From: Mizuhopecten yessoensis
Taxonomy: Eukaryota
Assembly (NCBI RefSeq): GCF_002113885.1
Contig: NW_018408895.1
Coordinates: forward strand, 719,724 to 783,723
Direction: 5' to 3'
DNA: 64,000 nucleotides
In this document: in pieces, positions 62,001-64,000 of the stretch
Numbering within the stretch: position 1 is the stretch's first letter
How the letters are laid out: each line of letters starts with the position of its first letter
Program-made: the position numbers and the translations under genes
Notes under the pieces: model-generated
What the model was told of the DNA's origin: nothing
What the model saw: the letters and a program-made list of their open reading frames with translations, nothing else
The model's database searches: none

Positions 62001-63586
62001 CTACATGTAAATCTGTTTTGGTGGGTAAGACACCAAGAGAATGATTTTCCAAGTTATGACCAAAGGAGGTAGACTCCAGGGGGTGGTTCTTTTCCCATAG
62101 TTCTCTAGAAGAAGTTTGATGAAACTCCCTTCATTAATAAAAAAAAAAAGGAAAAAGATAATCAATTTTCCGCTATTTCCCCTATTGGGCCTCACATGCA
62201 TCTTTTTATATAAATTAAACAAATTTGAGTTTTTTCCACCCCAATTTTAAAGTATGCTTCAGACCACATTTAGTTTAAATCCCTTCATTTGTACGAAAAG
62301 GAAAATATTTTTCTCTATTTCCCCTATTTGTCCCCGCTCCTCTGCCCCTGGAGGGGTGGGGGGAGGGGGGCGAGCACATCCTCCATTTAAATTCCCTTTG
62401 CTCTAGAACAAGTTTCGTTAAAATCCCTTCATCGGTACAAAAGTAGAATGATCTTTAATGTTTTCCTCTATTTCCCTTAACAGCCCCTATACCCATATGC
62501 CCCAAAGAAGGGGGTCCACACACCTCAGTTTATACAAAATTGATTCTTTTGTCCCTAAGCATGGTTCAGACTGCATTTGGTTTAAATCCCTTCACTTGTA
62601 TAGTAGGAGAATTTTTTTCCCCTCTATTTCCCATATTGGGCCCCACCCCTATGCCCCAAGAAGTGCCACACTCTCCAATTATACAAACTTGAGGCTTCTT
62701 TGTCCAAAGAAGCGCTAGAACAAATTTGGTCAAAATCCTGTTATTGGTTGAGAAGAAGATTTTTAAATATTTACCTATTTTACCCCTATTTGGCCTGCCC
62801 CTCTGCCCCCAGCGTTTTAAAGGAAAAAGTTGATGGACGCCGGACGCAGCACCATGGCATAAGCTCACTTGGCCAGGTGAGCTAAAAATGGGTTTATCGT
62901 TTTGCATTAGTCAAAATTATGACAACAATTGAAGATGGACAAACTAGATGGATGTTGCACTGTGGCATGTGATATTAATATCCATATAGTTCACTACTGC
63001 TTAGTTCACTACAGCGTTACAAATTTTATATAACAAACAATATAATACTCATGCATCATATATTAACTGATAACTGTCCTAATTGTTATTTTTAGATATA
63101 TTCTTTTTGCTTACCTTCACAGTGTCGAAGGGGTGACCAGCAATTACTCCCACAGATCCTGAAATATTGGAAATGCACAACATTAACCAGCGATGCAAAA
63201 TCATACGATTATACAATATTTTTACACAATTTGTATTGGCTTATATGGTATACAGACAATAATGAAAAGAAAATGAAACAATGAATAATTGAACACTTCA
63301 TCCATTTGGCATAAAAACAAAAACATGCATTTTGACATGTAACCACTATGCATGCCCAAAAACTATCTCTTCAATACATTTATATAATGGTAGTTAGATT
63401 ACCTGAAACTTCACCAACCTATGTACTGATGTTAATTGAATAACAAATGTTAACAGGGAAATTCACTAAAATGAATACAGTTACCTTAACTTGATGATTA
63501 CAAAAAGTTACTTGTGAACAACATGTACTACCTGCAATAGCTCCAGCTAAGAAGTCATTCACATAAAATGAAGTGCTCTTTCCCAT
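59013..63586 (-). CDS. Mitochondrial carrier, SLC25A45/47/48/29-like, 5 exons, 298 aa
   Basis: Exons 63586-63532, 63158-63115, 61704-61624, 60039-59787, 59476-59013. Three carrier signatures PFDTVKVQLQ, PAEVIKVVLQ, PFDVVKSRLQ; LRAFPVNAVTF. Exact orthologue uncertain. Confidence 0.9.
61886..62888 (+). mobile_element. Helentron-like non-autonomous element in intron 2 of the SLC25 gene
   Basis: aacaagaggcccaggggccttaatagctcacctgg ... ggacg microsatellite ... cataagctcacttggccaggtgagctaaaa; diverged ~150-bp internal repeats (ctatttccc). Confidence 0.75.
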
Positions 63587-64000
63587 CCTGCTTGCTGGGT
63601 AAAATCAATGACCTGGTTTTTTTTCCTGGATAAAATATACACCGAAATATAAGTGCTTCTAAGGTAACACAGTTTATAAAAAAATTCAGACTCTGCTATC
63701 TCTAAATGTCAAGTTTTCTACAAGCAGCATACTGATCAGGCATCATCACAATATTCAGGTGAAGTGACTTGGTAACTTAGACCTTATTACCATCCAACCA
63801 GCTAACTACATTTTTGTTATCACATTTCACACCACAATATTACACCAACTAATTACCAAGCTATTGTTCTCTGTACAGTCCAGTTCCACTTTGAAGTATA
63901 ACTGTTCCACAAGTAGAAGAAAGTTAGTCTTAACAGTAAGCCAACAAGAAATCTGACTCAAGTGAACAGCTGTTTAATATGGGTCATAGGTGAAGATCAT

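Overview
AT-rich eukaryotic genomic DNA with GT-AG introns. The SINE and Helentron-like repeat content suggests a bivalve mollusc (inference). By hand I reconstructed seven spliced protein-coding genes with consistent intron phases: CHAC2 (+), NAA80 (-), ARMT1/DCPH1 (+), an unrecognised 444-aa three-exon gene (-), KAT5/Tip60 (-), POLR3F (+) and an SLC25A45/48-like mitochondrial carrier (-). NAA80/ARMT1 and KAT5/POLR3F are tight head-to-head pairs. Introns and intergenic DNA hold a truncated LINE, tRNA-derived SINEs, Helentron-like non-autonomous elements, several MITEs and minisatellites. The most unusual signal is that four unrelated housekeeping genes each carry a local tandem duplication of an exon segment together with a splice site. 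The extreme case is an indel-free 19-copy, 94-bp array in NAA80. Each unit is a 60-nt in-frame exon fragment plus a 34-nt GT..AG spacer with a fold-back junction, and only the last of the 19 near-identical acceptors leads into a complete exon.
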